DNA from: Reclinomonas americana ATCC 50394
Taxonomy: Eukaryota
DNA: 64,000 nt
Assembly (NCBI GenBank): GCA_048213135.1
Contig: PS015009.1
Coordinates: 2,046,001-2,110,000 of the forward strand
Direction: 5' to 3'
The notes beneath the pieces were generated by a model that had not been told where the DNA came from, did not search any database, and saw only the letters and a list, made by a program, of their open reading frames with translations. Position numbers and translations under genes: made by a program. Below are positions 1 through 9,980 of this stretch, one piece after another (positions within the stretch are counted from its first letter, which is position 1; each line of letters opens with the position of its first letter).

Positions 1-373
1 GGGCCGATACCGTATAGTTAAAATCTTCACTCTGGTGATGCACCACATGCGCCGCCCAGAAAACATTGATCTCGTGCGCCAGGCGGTGATACCAGTACCA
101 AACCAGGTCGGTGAGCAGGAAGATACCGATCCATGTCCATATACCAGGTGAAAAATGCCACAGGGCATAGTGTTCGTAAATGTATACAAAGAAGTAGTAG
201 AACGGCGCCATGGTAATGATGTCCAGCAAACGTTCGGCAATACCTACATTGATATTGGCTACCGACTCCGCGAAACGGAACAGGTTCCGGCCTTTTCTCC
301 TGGCATAATAATATTCAAGGCCCATAAAGAAGAGAAACAACGGAATGGCAAAAGCGATATAGGAAGGATGCAT
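1..373 (-). CDS. Sterol desaturase / fatty-acid hydroxylase family membrane protein (5' part; runs off the window start)
   Basis: Not in the ORF track. Hand translation from ATG at 373 gives MHPSYIAFAIPLFLFFMGLEY...YWYHRLAHE...WAAHVVHHQSEDFN, containing the His-box motifs of this family. Confidence 0.85.
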   Translation of the reverse strand, partial: MHPSYIAFAIPLFLFFMGLEYYYARRKGRNLFRFAESVANINVGIAERLLDIITMAPFYYFFVYIYEHYALWHFSPGIWTWIGIFLLTDLVWYWYHRLAHEINVFWAAHVVHHQSEDFNYTVSA

Positions 374-445
374 ATTATTAGTCTACTTTTTTAGTAGACT
401 AAACAAAGGTAGCGAAAAGTAACCAATAGGACAGGAGGGATAAAT

Positions 446-488
446 AAATGAAGGAATGAATGAAGGAGGGAAGGAATGAAAGAAGGAA
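446..488. repeat. Degenerate octamer tandem array (GAATGAAG class), single arm
   Basis: AAATGAAG GAATGAAT GAAGGAGG GAAGGAAT GAAAGAAG, next to the cvpA stop; same class as 31117-31168. Confidence 0.6.
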
Positions 489-494
489 CACCAT

Positions 495-1022
495 TCAGGA
501 AGCCAGTTTTCCGAAGAAGGTCTCCAGCTCGGTAAACATGCCTTTGAACCAGGGAATGACGGTTCCGAAACCATCAATCACTTTTGGACCCCAGGGCTGT
601 ATATAGGCATAGGTTTGGGAGGACTGAATAACATGGGGTTGCAGCAAATGTATTTTCTCTGCATAAAAAAGAAAGATGCTGAAAATGATTGTATACAGTA
701 CCGCGTAAAAAACAATACCTCCCAGGCGGTTCACCCAGCCCATCATAACGGCCTGAACGGTTTTTTCAATCAATCGTGCGCCCAGGCGTACGAGCAGCAC
801 CACCACAAAAAATACGACGATAAAAGCGATGAAAGGCAGCCATTTGGCGGATATGCTGGTACTGTTACCCAGCCAGGCGGCCACCGCGGTGGACAGCTTC
901 AACGCGGCGGCCAGGCCAACAATAAATGCGATAAGTGAAAAGACAGCAATGATAAGCCCGTTCCGTATACCTTTGAAACAGGCGAGTACAATGATCACCG
1001 CGAAGATGATGTCGATAAACAT
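495..1022 (-). CDS. cvpA: CvpA family membrane protein
   Basis: MFIDIIFAVIIV..FKGIRNGLI N-terminus, 4 hydrophobic segments, 'NRLGGIVF' motif. Confidence 0.85.
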   Translation of the reverse strand: MFIDIIFAVIIVLACFKGIRNGLIIAVFSLIAFIVGLAAALKLSTAVAAWLGNSTSISAKWLPFIAFIVVFFVVVLLVRLGARLIEKTVQAVMMGWVNRLGGIVFYAVLYTIIFSIFLFYAEKIHLLQPHVIQSSQTYAYIQPWGPKVIDGFGTVIPWFKGMFTELETFFGKLAS

Positions 1023-1049
1023 GAGTTGTTTTAACCGGCTGACCGTATG

Positions 1050-1502
1050 TTATTGGGCAAGCAGTTCTTTTACAATGGCGCTGATGGTTTTTCCATCTGC
1101 CTGGCCGGCAAGTTGCTTGCTGGCAACGCCCATCACTTTACCCATATCGGCAGGAGAGGAAGCGCCGGTATCGGCAATGATTTTGGCAACTGCTTCTTTG
1201 ATCTCGGCCTCACCCAGTTGTTTGGGCAGAAATTTTTCGATCACGGCCATTTCCTCTTTTTCTTTTTCTGCCAGGTCGGCACGGCCCTGCTGTTCAAATA
1301 TTTCCAGTGAGTCGCGGCGCTGTTTCATCATCTTCTGCAAAAACTTCTGCTCGGTAGCTTCATCGATCTCGCCATGAGCACCGGGCTCTGTCTTGGCTTT
1401 GATGATCTCTGCTTTAATAGCCCTTAATCCGCGTAAAACCGCTTCATTCTTGCTTTTCATGGCCTCTTTCATTTCGGCCATTATGTTTTGTTCTAAACTC
1501 AT
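1050..1502 (-). CDS. GatB/YqeY domain protein
   Basis: MKEAMKSK...KQRRDS...GRADLAEKE...DMGKVMG...GQADGK; start trimmed to MSLEQ at 1502. Confidence 0.93.
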   Translation of the reverse strand: MSLEQNIMAEMKEAMKSKNEAVLRGLRAIKAEIIKAKTEPGAHGEIDEATEQKFLQKMMKQRRDSLEIFEQQGRADLAEKEKEEMAVIEKFLPKQLGEAEIKEAVAKIIADTGASSPADMGKVMGVASKQLAGQADGKTISAIVKELLAQ

Positions 1503-1512
1503 GGTATAATTT

Positions 1513-1857
1513 TTATTGTTGTTCGCGGACTTGTTTGGCCCGGAAATTGTCAAAGAATTGTTTGGCGAATTTCTTCATATCATCACTCATGTCTTCATAC
1601 TTGGTCGCTCTCTTAAACGTGTCGGCCATGCTCATCAGCATCTGGTAATAGAAATCAGCCATTTCGTCAACCATCATATCTTTTGTCCAGAGATCGATGC
1701 GGAGGGCCGATTTATCTTCCGCGTCCCAGAAGGCAATGCACATGGCTTTAGCTTTCTGCGCCATATCGGCACTGCTGTCGGTGGCCTGCCAGGTGATTTG
1801 TTCAGGTATCTTATCCGGGTCCAGTAAAACGTCGATCTTTATCGTTGACTTGTTCAT
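1513..1857 (-). CDS. gldC: Gliding motility protein GldC
   Basis: IPEQITW.A.D, 'LRIDLWTKDMMVDEM' signature. Confidence 0.9.
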   Translation of the reverse strand: MNKSTIKIDVLLDPDKIPEQITWQATDSSADMAQKAKAMCIAFWDAEDKSALRIDLWTKDMMVDEMADFYYQMLMSMADTFKRATKYEDMSDDMKKFAKQFFDNFRAKQVREQQ

Positions 1858-1895
1858 GTTGCAGCTTTAATGATGAGTTGCAAAATTAAATGAAT

Positions 1896-3017
1896 TTAGC
1901 CATTGACGGCCTGTAAAATAAGCCGGTTGAGGATGCCGGCGGCATTGGTCATATGATGCTCCCGAACCTGTTCCCTGCCCGCCTGTATGAGCCTGTCCCT
2001 TTCGCTCTCATCCTTGAAGAGCAGCATCATATGCTGTGCCATATCATTCATGTCGGCCGTATCGGCATACAGGGCGGCATCTCCACCCAGTTCGGGGAAT
2101 GCGGAGTTATTGCCAGCCAGAACGGGCACCTCGCATTGCATGGCTTCCCATACAGTAAGGGCATGATCGCGGTAAGTAAGCGGCAGCACCAGGGCATAGG
2201 CACCGGCGGTTACGGAAGCCATTTCTTCCACCGGCAGATTACCGGTCAATTTTACTTCATTCCGGAATTTATAAGTGCGCAGGTCTTCGGTGAACTGTGT
2301 ATAGCCAACGGTTACCGGGCCGGCAATAAGCAGGAGCATATTGGTCTTCTGTCTTTTTTTAAATAGAGAAAAGGCTTTCAGTAAGAGGTGGAGATTGGAT
2401 GCTGGATCAATAGCACCCGGAAAAAGAAAATACTCTTTTCCATCAGCATATTTTTCCTTGATGATCTCTTTCTGTTCCCAGCTCACAGCATGAAACAGGG
2501 GACCCGGAACTGGATAGCATGCGGTAATTTTTTCCTGGGCCTGTCTGTACGTTTCTATAAGTTGTTTTTTTGAAAATTCTGATGGCGTGATCACCGCTGC
2601 GGCTTTCGTAAGCGCAGCGGCGGTACGGTTGCGGTAAAAAGATGATTGTTTCCGGGGCAGGGGAGATGTCTTCTGCAGGAAACGCGTATCGCTCATAAAT
2701 AATAATTGCGGTACACGGCTTCTTAAAGAGCAGGCCCCGTCCAGCGCCAGCCACAGATCGGCATTCTGTTTTTTTACTATCCGGGGCAACTGGTAATCGT
2801 ACCAGTACCTGGTAGCGATAGCTGATCTGCCTTTTGGCGAAGCGAAAATAAAACTGGTATTACTGCCCGCCGGTATTGCATCCTGCCTGTCTCCGATGAC
2901 CACAAAGTGATACGCGGGATGTTGTTGTGCCAGGTGCTGCAGGCAACGGCAGATAAATCCGTAAAAAGCCGCAGATGTGCTAAAGTGAGAAGGCGCTGTG
3001 GTAATGGCAATGATCAT
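1896..3017 (-). CDS. Glycosyltransferase family 4 (GT-B)
   Basis: 'ITPSEFSKKQL' and 'EAMQCEVPVL...SAFPELGGDAALY' GT4 motifs; canonical EGFG motif is degenerate (RDHA). Confidence 0.8.
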   Translation of the reverse strand: MIIAITTAPSHFSTSAAFYGFICRCLQHLAQQHPAYHFVVIGDRQDAIPAGSNTSFIFASPKGRSAIATRYWYDYQLPRIVKKQNADLWLALDGACSLRSRVPQLLFMSDTRFLQKTSPLPRKQSSFYRNRTAAALTKAAAVITPSEFSKKQLIETYRQAQEKITACYPVPGPLFHAVSWEQKEIIKEKYADGKEYFLFPGAIDPASNLHLLLKAFSLFKKRQKTNMLLLIAGPVTVGYTQFTEDLRTYKFRNEVKLTGNLPVEEMASVTAGAYALVLPLTYRDHALTVWEAMQCEVPVLAGNNSAFPELGGDAALYADTADMNDMAQHMMLLFKDESERDRLIQAGREQVREHHMTNAAGILNRLILQAVNG

Positions 3018-3033
3018 GAGCCGGTAAGCTAAA

Positions 3034-4323
3034 TTATTTCAACACCTTTAGTTTTACCATTTCAATACGGGTGTCGCTCATGCTGAGGATGTCGATCTCG
3101 TAATTGCCGATGATGATCCTGTCTTTCAGTTTGGGGATTTCTTCATTATTCTGAATGATAAAACCAGACAATGTTTCGGCCTCCTCGTCGTCGGGGAAAG
3201 GGATTTTGTATTTTTCGGTGATGTAATCCAGTTCAAGCCTTCCGCTGAAAATAAATTCATTGGTGGCGAGTTGTTTCTCCACGAACTCTTCGGTGTCGTA
3301 TTCGTCCCTGATGTCGCCGAAGATCTCTTCCAGCAAATCTTCCATGGTCACAATACCGGCGGTACCGCCAAACTCATCCACCACCCAGGCAATGCTTTTT
3401 CTTTCCTTGCTGAATTTATTCATAAGGTCAGTGGCGCTCATGCTTTCCGGTACGGTAGGAATAGGGAGTAAGATGTCTTTTACCGAAGCGGGGTTTTTAA
3501 AAAGATCGAGCTGGTGTACATAACCGGTAATGGAGTCGATGTTATCGTCAAACACCACCAGTTTGCTGAGCTGTGTTTCAATAAATTTTTGTTTTACCGC
3601 TTCAATAGGGGTATTGCTGCTGATGCTTTCGATCTCCCGCCTGGGAATGAGGCATTCCCGCAGCCTCACTTCGCTCAGCGACAGGGCGTTTTCAAACAGT
3701 TCCTTGTTGATTTCGCTGTTGTCCTCTTCTTCGTGATTTTTGTTTTGCTGGATGAAATGTTCAAGATCCACTTTGCTGAACATGTCTTTTTTGTCGGCAA
3801 TCTTCACATTGAAAATGTACCGCAGTATCCATTCGGCGATATTTACAAAAAAGGAGGCGAGGGAGGAAAACAGCCAGTAAAAGAATTCAACGATATAGCT
3901 GATACCCGTTGAACTGAGGATATTACTGTTACGGGCCTTAAAAAATGCTTTGGATAAGAACTCCACCAGCAGAATGATAATAGTGGACAGCGCTGTTTCC
4001 ACGAACAGCTTGATGTACTTCACCGAGCCGGAAAAAGAGACCGGTAATCTTTTTTCGATCCAGTACCAGATGGGCGACAGCATATCGCCAATGAGCAGGC
4101 CATAGATCACAAAAACGATGTTGATGCCCACCAGCGTGGTGCCAATGAAACGGGCGGGGTTATCGGAAAAATGGCCCCACACTTTACCGGCACGCGTTCC
4201 CTGTTTACGGTTCAGTTCAATCGATAATTTATTGGCTGATACAAACGCGATCTCTATACCGGCAAAAAAACCGATAAAAAGTAAGGAGGCAATGATCGCT
4301 ATAAGGGCTATCCAGTAATCCAT
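3034..4323 (-). CDS. Hemolysin-family / CNNM protein (DUF21-CBS-CorC)
   Basis: FFAGIEIAFVS N-terminal TM, 'VVDEFGGTAGIVTMEDLLEEIFGDIRDEYD', ETLSG. Confidence 0.92.
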   Translation of the reverse strand: MDYWIALIAIIASLLFIGFFAGIEIAFVSANKLSIELNRKQGTRAGKVWGHFSDNPARFIGTTLVGINIVFVIYGLLIGDMLSPIWYWIEKRLPVSFSGSVKYIKLFVETALSTIIILLVEFLSKAFFKARNSNILSSTGISYIVEFFYWLFSSLASFFVNIAEWILRYIFNVKIADKKDMFSKVDLEHFIQQNKNHEEEDNSEINKELFENALSLSEVRLRECLIPRREIESISSNTPIEAVKQKFIETQLSKLVVFDDNIDSITGYVHQLDLFKNPASVKDILLPIPTVPESMSATDLMNKFSKERKSIAWVVDEFGGTAGIVTMEDLLEEIFGDIRDEYDTEEFVEKQLATNEFIFSGRLELDYITEKYKIPFPDDEEAETLSGFIIQNNEEIPKLKDRIIIGNYEIDILSMSDTRIEMVKLKVLK

Positions 4324-4329
4324 GAGGTC

Positions 4330-4357
4330 AGGTAAAATTCAAAAATAAAAAGTCAAA
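4330..4357. repeat. Heptamer tandem array (AARTMAA class), single arm
   Basis: AGGTAAA ATTCAAA AATAAAA AGTCAAA. Confidence 0.55.
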
Positions 4358-4423
4358 AACCACAACTGTCTCTTTTATAAATATAGTAAAGATTTTGGAA
4401 AGCGGTGGCTGCTGCGGATCCGG

Positions 4424-5002
4424 TCAACTTCTGATGAAATCGCTTACAATACTTTCAGCCAATGCACAGGCCGCAATCAGGTTATCGTTCACGATCACTT
4501 TATCGAAATGTTCCTTGAAAGACAATTCATAAGAGGCCTTGTTCACCCGGGCTGCCAGCGATTCGGCGGTTTCGGTACCCCTGCTTTGCAGCCTTTTTTT
4601 CAGTTCTTCCACAGACGGCGGCTCAATGAACAGGCTCATGGTGGTATCGGGGTATTGCTGCTGTACATGGATGGCGCCTTTTACGTCGATATCAAGTACG
4701 GGTATTTTGTTCAGGCTCCAGATCATCTGCAACTCCGATTTCAGTGTACCGTAATATTTGCCTTCATATACCATTTCCCACTCCACAAATTCATTGTTCT
4801 GTATTTTATGCTGGAAATCTTCCACGCTCATAAAATGATAATCGAGCCCGTTCTTTTCAGTGCCCCGCGGCTGGCGGGTAGCGGCTGAAACCGAAAAGGC
4901 CAGTTGCGGAAATTTTTGCATCAGGTGCCGGGTAATAGAAGTTTTACCGGCGCCCGAAGGTGCGGTTATGATGAGTATTTTATGTGATGCGGGGTGGTTC
5001 AT
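4424..5002 (-). CDS. gmk: Guanylate kinase
   Basis: APSGAGKTS P-loop, SVSAATRQPR, YYGT, LDIDVKGA; start trimmed to 5002. Confidence 0.96.
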   Translation of the reverse strand: MNHPASHKILIITAPSGAGKTSITRHLMQKFPQLAFSVSAATRQPRGTEKNGLDYHFMSVEDFQHKIQNNEFVEWEMVYEGKYYGTLKSELQMIWSLNKIPVLDIDVKGAIHVQQQYPDTTMSLFIEPPSVEELKKRLQSRGTETAESLAARVNKASYELSFKEHFDKVIVNDNLIAACALAESIVSDFIRS

Positions 5003-5030
5003 ATTACAAAGAAAAGAAAAACATACTGAA

Positions 5031-5438
5031 TCAATGCGGTCTGAAATGCATGACGATCTCCGTTCCGTTGACATTATTGCTGAGTTGCAACTCCTGGTCC
5101 GTCAGCGATTTGACAGCGTAGGTATTCACATTGTTGGCCGTGGTACAGATGAGGGTTTTATCGTTGTCAGCCATTTTGTAGGTGCCGCTGCTGGTAACCC
5201 GGTTGCCAATGCTGCAGGTATAGCTGCCGTCTTTGGAGAATGTCCAGTTGAGTTCTTTTAACGCGGCTTCTACCTGTACTGCCCTGACAGAGTCTTCCCT
5301 CGACTGGAACTTGGTATCGATAGGTTGAAGGTTCTCTATCTGTACACAGTCCCATCTTTTGGAAAGTTGCTGCACGGTTTTGTTCCCGCAGGAGGCGAGG
5401 GCAAGTATAAAAAAGAAAGCAATGTAAAAAGCTTTCAT
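5031..5438 (-). CDS. Hypothetical lipoprotein (lipocalin-like beta fold possible)
   Basis: Lipobox ALASC; 'WTFSKDGSY...GTYKM' pattern. Confidence 0.65.
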   Translation of the reverse strand: MKAFYIAFFFILALASCGNKTVQQLSKRWDCVQIENLQPIDTKFQSREDSVRAVQVEAALKELNWTFSKDGSYTCSIGNRVTSSGTYKMADNDKTLICTTANNVNTYAVKSLTDQELQLSNNVNGTEIVMHFRPH

Positions 5439-5463
5439 GATGATGTTTTAGTTGATGAGGAAT

Positions 5464-5547
5464 AAGTCAAAACTCAAAAGTAAAAAGTAAAAAAGGCAGG
5501 TAAGCCGAAGTCCCTCATTTTTAATTTTGACTTTTTATTTTTTACTT
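5464..5547. repeat. Inverted pair of heptamer tandem arrays (AARTMAA class), about 25-bp spacer
   Basis: Left arm AAGTCAA AACTCAA AAGTAAA AAGTAAA. Reverse complement of right arm AAGTAAA AAATAAA AAGTCAA AATTAAA. Right arm touches the murA stop. Confidence 0.75.
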
Positions 5548-6853
5548 AACTAATTCTCTTTATATCAGCACCCAGGTTCTGCAACCTTTCATCTATCTGC
5601 TGGTAACCCCTGTCTATCTGTTCAATATTTTGTATGATGCTTTTTCCCTGTGCGCTCAGTGCGGCAATGAGCAGGGCAACACCAGCACGTATATCGGGGC
5701 TGCTCATGCTGATGCCCCTCAGCTGCTGTTCCCTTTCCAGCCCGATCACTACGGCACGGTGCGGATCGCAGAGGATGATCTGCGCACCCATGTCGATCAG
5801 TTTATCCACGAAGAACAAACGGCTTTCAAACATTTTCTGGTGAATGAGTACACTGCCCCTCGCCTGTATGGCCGTTACCAGTACAATGCTCAGCAGGTCG
5901 GGTGTAAAGCCGGGCCAGGGATGATCGTATACAGTGAGTACGCCACCATCGAGGTATTTCTGTACTTCATATATCTCCTGCGCCGGCACATGGATGTCGT
6001 CGCCCTTAAACTGCATATCAATACCCAGTTGCCTGAATTTTTCTGGAATGATGCCCAGGTGTTCAATGCCCGCATTTTTAATGGTGATGTCGCTTTGGGT
6101 CATGGCGGCCAGGCCTATGAAAGACCCTACCTCAATCATATCGGGCAGCATGCTGTGCGATGTGCCACCGAGTGATTCCACACCTTCAATCACCAGCAGG
6201 TTGCTGCCGGTTCCGGTGATCTTTGCACCCATACGGCTGAGCATCCTGCACAGTTGCTGTATGTAGGGTTCGCAGGCGGCGTTGTAAATGGTAGTGGTGC
6301 CGCTGGCCAGCACAGCGGCCATCAGTATATTGGCGGTGCCGGTTACACTGGGTTCATCGAGCAGCATATGAGTGCCTTTCAGCCCGGTTGTTTTCAGGTG
6401 AAAGAAACCATCCTCACTGTCATAAGAGAAATCGGCACCCAGTTTTTCAAAACCAATGATATGCGTATCAAGGCGCCTTCTGCCAATTTTGTCACCACCG
6501 GGTTTGGGAATATAAGCCCTGTGGAACCTGGCCAGTAGCGGGCCGGCCAGCATAACAGAACCTCTCAGGCGGCCGCTTTTTTTATGGTAAGCTTCGCTGT
6601 GCAGGTAATCCACATCCACGTCGTTGGCCTGGAAGATGCAGGTGTTCCTGTCGGGGCGCTCAATTTTTACCCGCATTTCACCCAGCAGCTCAATCAGCAG
6701 GTTTACGTCAATGATATCGGGAATATTGCTGATGATTACTTTTTCAGATGTCAGTAATACAGCTGAAATGATTTGCAGGGCCTCGTTCTTGGCTCCCTGT
6801 GGTATGATCTCTCCGGAGAGTTTTTTGCCTCCTCTTACTTCAAAATGCGCCAT
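5546..6853 (-). CDS. murA: UDP-N-acetylglucosamine 1-carboxyvinyltransferase (Asp-type active site)
   Basis: GAKNEALQ, 'PGGDKIGRR' (Asp in place of the catalytic Cys), SPDIRAG; start trimmed to MAHFEV at 6853. Confidence 0.96.
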   Translation of the reverse strand: MAHFEVRGGKKLSGEIIPQGAKNEALQIISAVLLTSEKVIISNIPDIIDVNLLIELLGEMRVKIERPDRNTCIFQANDVDVDYLHSEAYHKKSGRLRGSVMLAGPLLARFHRAYIPKPGGDKIGRRRLDTHIIGFEKLGADFSYDSEDGFFHLKTTGLKGTHMLLDEPSVTGTANILMAAVLASGTTTIYNAACEPYIQQLCRMLSRMGAKITGTGSNLLVIEGVESLGGTSHSMLPDMIEVGSFIGLAAMTQSDITIKNAGIEHLGIIPEKFRQLGIDMQFKGDDIHVPAQEIYEVQKYLDGGVLTVYDHPWPGFTPDLLSIVLVTAIQARGSVLIHQKMFESRLFFVDKLIDMGAQIILCDPHRAVVIGLEREQQLRGISMSSPDIRAGVALLIAALSAQGKSIIQNIEQIDRGYQQIDERLQNLGADIKRIS

Positions 6854-6892
6854 GGTTGTTGCGGGTATATCTGGTATTGATGAAAGCTGTAA

Positions 6893-6928
6893 AAATAAAA
6901 AAGGTTGAATAATTTTCAACCTTTCTTT
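6893..6928 (-). terminator. Hairpin / possible intrinsic terminator between DUF4290 and murA
   Basis: AAAGGTTGAA-taatt-TTCAACCTTT stem with an A-run on the left (U-tract on the minus strand). Confidence 0.55.
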
Positions 6929-6935
6929 ATGCTGT

Positions 6936-7664
6936 TTAGTAGCGTTTCTTGAAATTCCGGTTGTTGTTCCGGTTGTCTCTTCCTCCGCCTCCCCCGCTGC
7001 GGTTATTGTTGCCGTTGCGGTTGTTACCATTGTTGTTGCGGTTATCCCTTCCACCGAAATTCTTACGGTAATTCTGGTTGCGGTTATTGCCGTTGCCGTA
7101 ATCATCCCTGTCGTCGCGGTTGTCGGTGCGGTGCTTTACAAAAGGACGGTTGTTGAATTCCAGCTCACCCTTTGTGATGTCCGACAGTTCTCCCTGTATG
7201 GCATCATCGTGCACCAGCTCTTTATGCCAGTTGCTGTAGGTGAGTTTCATGTAGTAGGCGATGGCGTTGGCGAAGCCCTGTTTTTTTTCAGGGTTCTCTT
7301 CCTGCAGCGCTTTACCGATCACCACTTCAATATTCTTACCCAGGTGGTTGAACTTGGGATACCTTTTGGGGTAGCGCAGTCTTTCCGGTTTCGATTTCAG
7401 CGTTTCGCGGGTTGGGATAGGATAGGGACTGTCCACATCAAGCGTAAAATCGCTGATGAGGAAAAGATGATCCCATAATTTATGCCTGAAGTCTTCTACA
7501 TTTTTTAGGTGCGGATTCAGGAATCCCATCAGTTCGATCACGGCATAGGCGTTTTTTTGCCTTTCTTCCCTGTCCTGGATAGAGAGGAGATGTTCCACCA
7601 TCTTCTGAATATGGCGTCCATATTCCTTCATGATCAGGTGGTTTCTTGTTGTGTTGTATTCCAT
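6936..7664 (-). CDS. DUF4290 domain protein
   Basis: 'MEYNTTR..L...EYGRHIQKMV', 'KLWDHL'; typical position upstream of murA; N/R-rich tail. Confidence 0.9.
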   Translation of the reverse strand: MEYNTTRNHLIMKEYGRHIQKMVEHLLSIQDREERQKNAYAVIELMGFLNPHLKNVEDFRHKLWDHLFLISDFTLDVDSPYPIPTRETLKSKPERLRYPKRYPKFNHLGKNIEVVIGKALQEENPEKKQGFANAIAYYMKLTYSNWHKELVHDDAIQGELSDITKGELEFNNRPFVKHRTDNRDDRDDYGNGNNRNQNYRKNFGGRDNRNNNGNNRNGNNNRSGGGGGRDNRNNNRNFKKRY

Positions 7665-7710
7665 TAATAAAATTTCAATAAGTACAAAGGTACGGATTAT
7701 AGGGGATGTA

Positions 7711-8123
7711 TTAAGAATTATGCGCAGGGTTGCGGCCGGCCCGGTTCAGCAGCCACCGGGTGAACAGCAGGGCAATGAGTGCTCCTGCACTGTCGCACAG
7801 CCAGTCGTACAGGTCAAAACTCCGCCCGGAGATGTAAAATTTCTGGATGAATTCGATGACCAGCCCCCAAAGGGATGCTGCCAGGGCTATTTTCAGGAAG
7901 TAATTGCGTTTAACAGGATTTTCCCAGCTGGTTCTAAGTACAGGGTACATGAATAAAAACGCCAATATGGTAAACAGCCCCACATGTACCCATTTGTCGA
8001 AATAGATACGGCTCATCCAGTCGCTGGCCACAGGCAACTCGCTGCCCGGCATAAAGCAGAGCAGGTTAACCAAAAAAACCAGGCAATGCCTGGTATGAAT
8101 TTTTTTATCCGGATCGTTCCCAA
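7711..8123 (-). pseudogene. VanZ family membrane protein, frameshifted in a T7 tract (real or sequencing error)
   Basis: The 3' frame has DKWVH..F, 'GLVIEFIQ', 'GRSFDLYDW'. The 5' frame from TTG 8123 (LGTIRIKKFIPGIAWFF) is one base out of frame at the A7 run 8072-8078. Confidence 0.65.
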
Positions 8124-8140
8124 TGCAGCTGTTTTACAGG

Positions 8141-8518
8141 TTAGCCTACAGAAGCGGTGTAAGCAGCCGCGTCCATCAGCTTTTGTACATCATCAGGATT
8201 GTCTACGGTAACTTTTACCATCCAGCCATCACCATAAGGGTCGGTGTTTACCAGTTCAGGCTGACCTTCCAGCAGGGGGTTGATCTCGATGATGGTACCA
8301 GCAACCGGAATGAACAGGTCACTTACTGTTTTTACTGCTTCCACAGTTCCGAAAACAGCTTCGGCATCCAGTGGTTTGCCTTTGGTGCTGATATCAATAT
8401 AAACGATGTCACCCAGTTCCCGCTGAGCGAAGTCGGTAATACCAATGGTGGCAGTATTGCCGTCAAGGGCTACCCATTCGTGGTCTTTGGTGTACCTGAG
8501 GTTGTCGGGGAAATTCAT
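8141..8518 (-). CDS. gcvH: Glycine cleavage system H protein
   Basis: [23 protein letters not shown] lipoyl-Lys motif, DPYGDGW. Confidence 0.97.
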   Translation of the reverse strand: MNFPDNLRYTKDHEWVALDGNTATIGITDFAQRELGDIVYIDISTKGKPLDAEAVFGTVEAVKTVSDLFIPVAGTIIEINPLLEGQPELVNTDPYGDGWMVKVTVDNPDDVQKLMDAAAYTASVG

Positions 8519-8599
8519 GATGTATGTTTGAAAGATGATGAATGAATTAATGGCTGCAAAATATGTTTTTCGTATCAAACGGCAAACCCGCCTGTACAA

Positions 8600-9343
8600 C
8601 TATTTCAGTACCTCTACTTTCATACGGATGTCGGTCAGCGGCCTGTTGGCGCCATCGCCTGGTAAAGACGCGATTTTATCGATCACATTCAGTCCGCTTT
8701 CCACTTCACCGAATACGGTATAGTTCATATCCAGGAAGGGCGTGCCGCCAATCGTGCTGTAAATCCTGCGTTTGGCCGGTGAAAATTTCCTGCCCATCTG
8801 CATTTCCATCATATTGAGTTCGCCATCGGCATATTTACGTCCCTGTACAATATAGAACTGGCAGCCGCTGCTGGCTTTTTGCGGGTTCACCTGGTCACCC
8901 TGGCGGGCCGCTGCAAGCGCTCCTTTTTTGTGGAAGAAGTTAGTATCGAATTCCGCAGGTATGGTGTAACCCACATCGCCGCTGCCCAGCATAGCACCCT
9001 GTGGTGCGTGCTTACTTTGAGGATCGCCACCCTGGATCATGAAGCCATTGATCACCCGGTGAAAAAGCAGGCTGTCGAAAAAATGTTCATTCGCCAGTTT
9101 GACGAAGTTATCGCGGTGAAGCGGGGTTTTGTCATATAACCGAACTATGATCACGCCCGAATCGGTGGTGATCTTTACGCGGGTGCCTGCCACAGGTTTT
9201 GCAGGTGATGCGGTACCCCGTTTGGTTGTAGCGCGGATTGGCGCTTTTTTTACAGGCGCTTTTTTAGCCTGGGCAAAGGCGCCGGTTCCGAAAACAAATC
9301 CGCCGGCCAGTAAAGCAGTGATCAGTATAAGTTTTTTCTTCAT
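8600..9343 (-). CDS. Cyclophilin-type peptidyl-prolyl isomerase, exported
   Basis: Signal peptide; FHRVINGFMIQGGD, SSGCQFYIV, YTVFGEV. Confidence 0.93.
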   Translation of the reverse strand: MKKKLILITALLAGGFVFGTGAFAQAKKAPVKKAPIRATTKRGTASPAKPVAGTRVKITTDSGVIIVRLYDKTPLHRDNFVKLANEHFFDSLLFHRVINGFMIQGGDPQSKHAPQGAMLGSGDVGYTIPAEFDTNFFHKKGALAAARQGDQVNPQKASSGCQFYIVQGRKYADGELNMMEMQMGRKFSPAKRRIYSTIGGTPFLDMNYTVFGEVESGLNVIDKIASLPGDGANRPLTDIRMKVEVLK

Positions 9344-9422
9344 TGTACAATGCAATTATAAATAGTGTTGATATACCCTTAAGGGCGTGGCAAATGTAAA
9401 GAAAATTGGGAATGGGAAATGG

Positions 9423-9773
9423 TCAGATGAAGCCCAGTTGCTGGAAATACAATAAAACATGGTCTTTCAGGAAGTTCTCCTGCTCTATAGGCGAAAATTC
9501 CGGTACGGTTTTCAACTGGCGGAAGTGCGGCCAGCCTTCTTCATCGAGTCCCTCCAGCAGGTAGTAACCGCTCTGTGCCAGCACGGTACACACGGCTATG
9601 TGCATGAGGTCCTGCTTCTGTTCCTTGCCAAAATCCTGCTTGCCGGCGCCCAGTTCCTGTATCCCGATCAGGAACAGGATGCCATCCATTTCGGGCTTGA
9701 TACCATATTTCTCCTTGATCTTTATCCTTAGTTTCAGCCAGCGTATCTGCAGGTCTTCGGTCGCGTGTTGCAT
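9423..9773 (-). CDS. Conserved hypothetical protein (Bacteroidota)
   Basis: 'ILFLIGIQELG...KEQKQDLMHIAVC...GYY..GWPH'; start at 9773 directly after a TATCTTTG promoter element. Confidence 0.75.
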   Translation of the reverse strand: MQHATEDLQIRWLKLRIKIKEKYGIKPEMDGILFLIGIQELGAGKQDFGKEQKQDLMHIAVCTVLAQSGYYLLEGLDEEGWPHFRQLKTVPEFSPIEQENFLKDHVLLYFQQLGFI

Positions 9774-9980
9774 GGTACAAAGATAATCCAATTGAACATG
9801 GACGCGGACAATTGATAAATTGAGAGTGACTCAATTTGAATATATTTCCCGCAAAAACACGAAGAACACTAAGCATATATTCTACCTGGCAGGCCTTCGC
9901 GGCTTGAAGGGAGGGTTTATCTCTTTTCAAACTAAGACACTACCGATAAATTAGCACATCATCTTATTAACACATTAAAG

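Noticed and set aside
6854-7105. Thr-rich N-terminal extension of MurA in the ORF track
   Set aside because: It is an alternative frame of the DUF4290 low-complexity tail; MurA homology starts at 6853.
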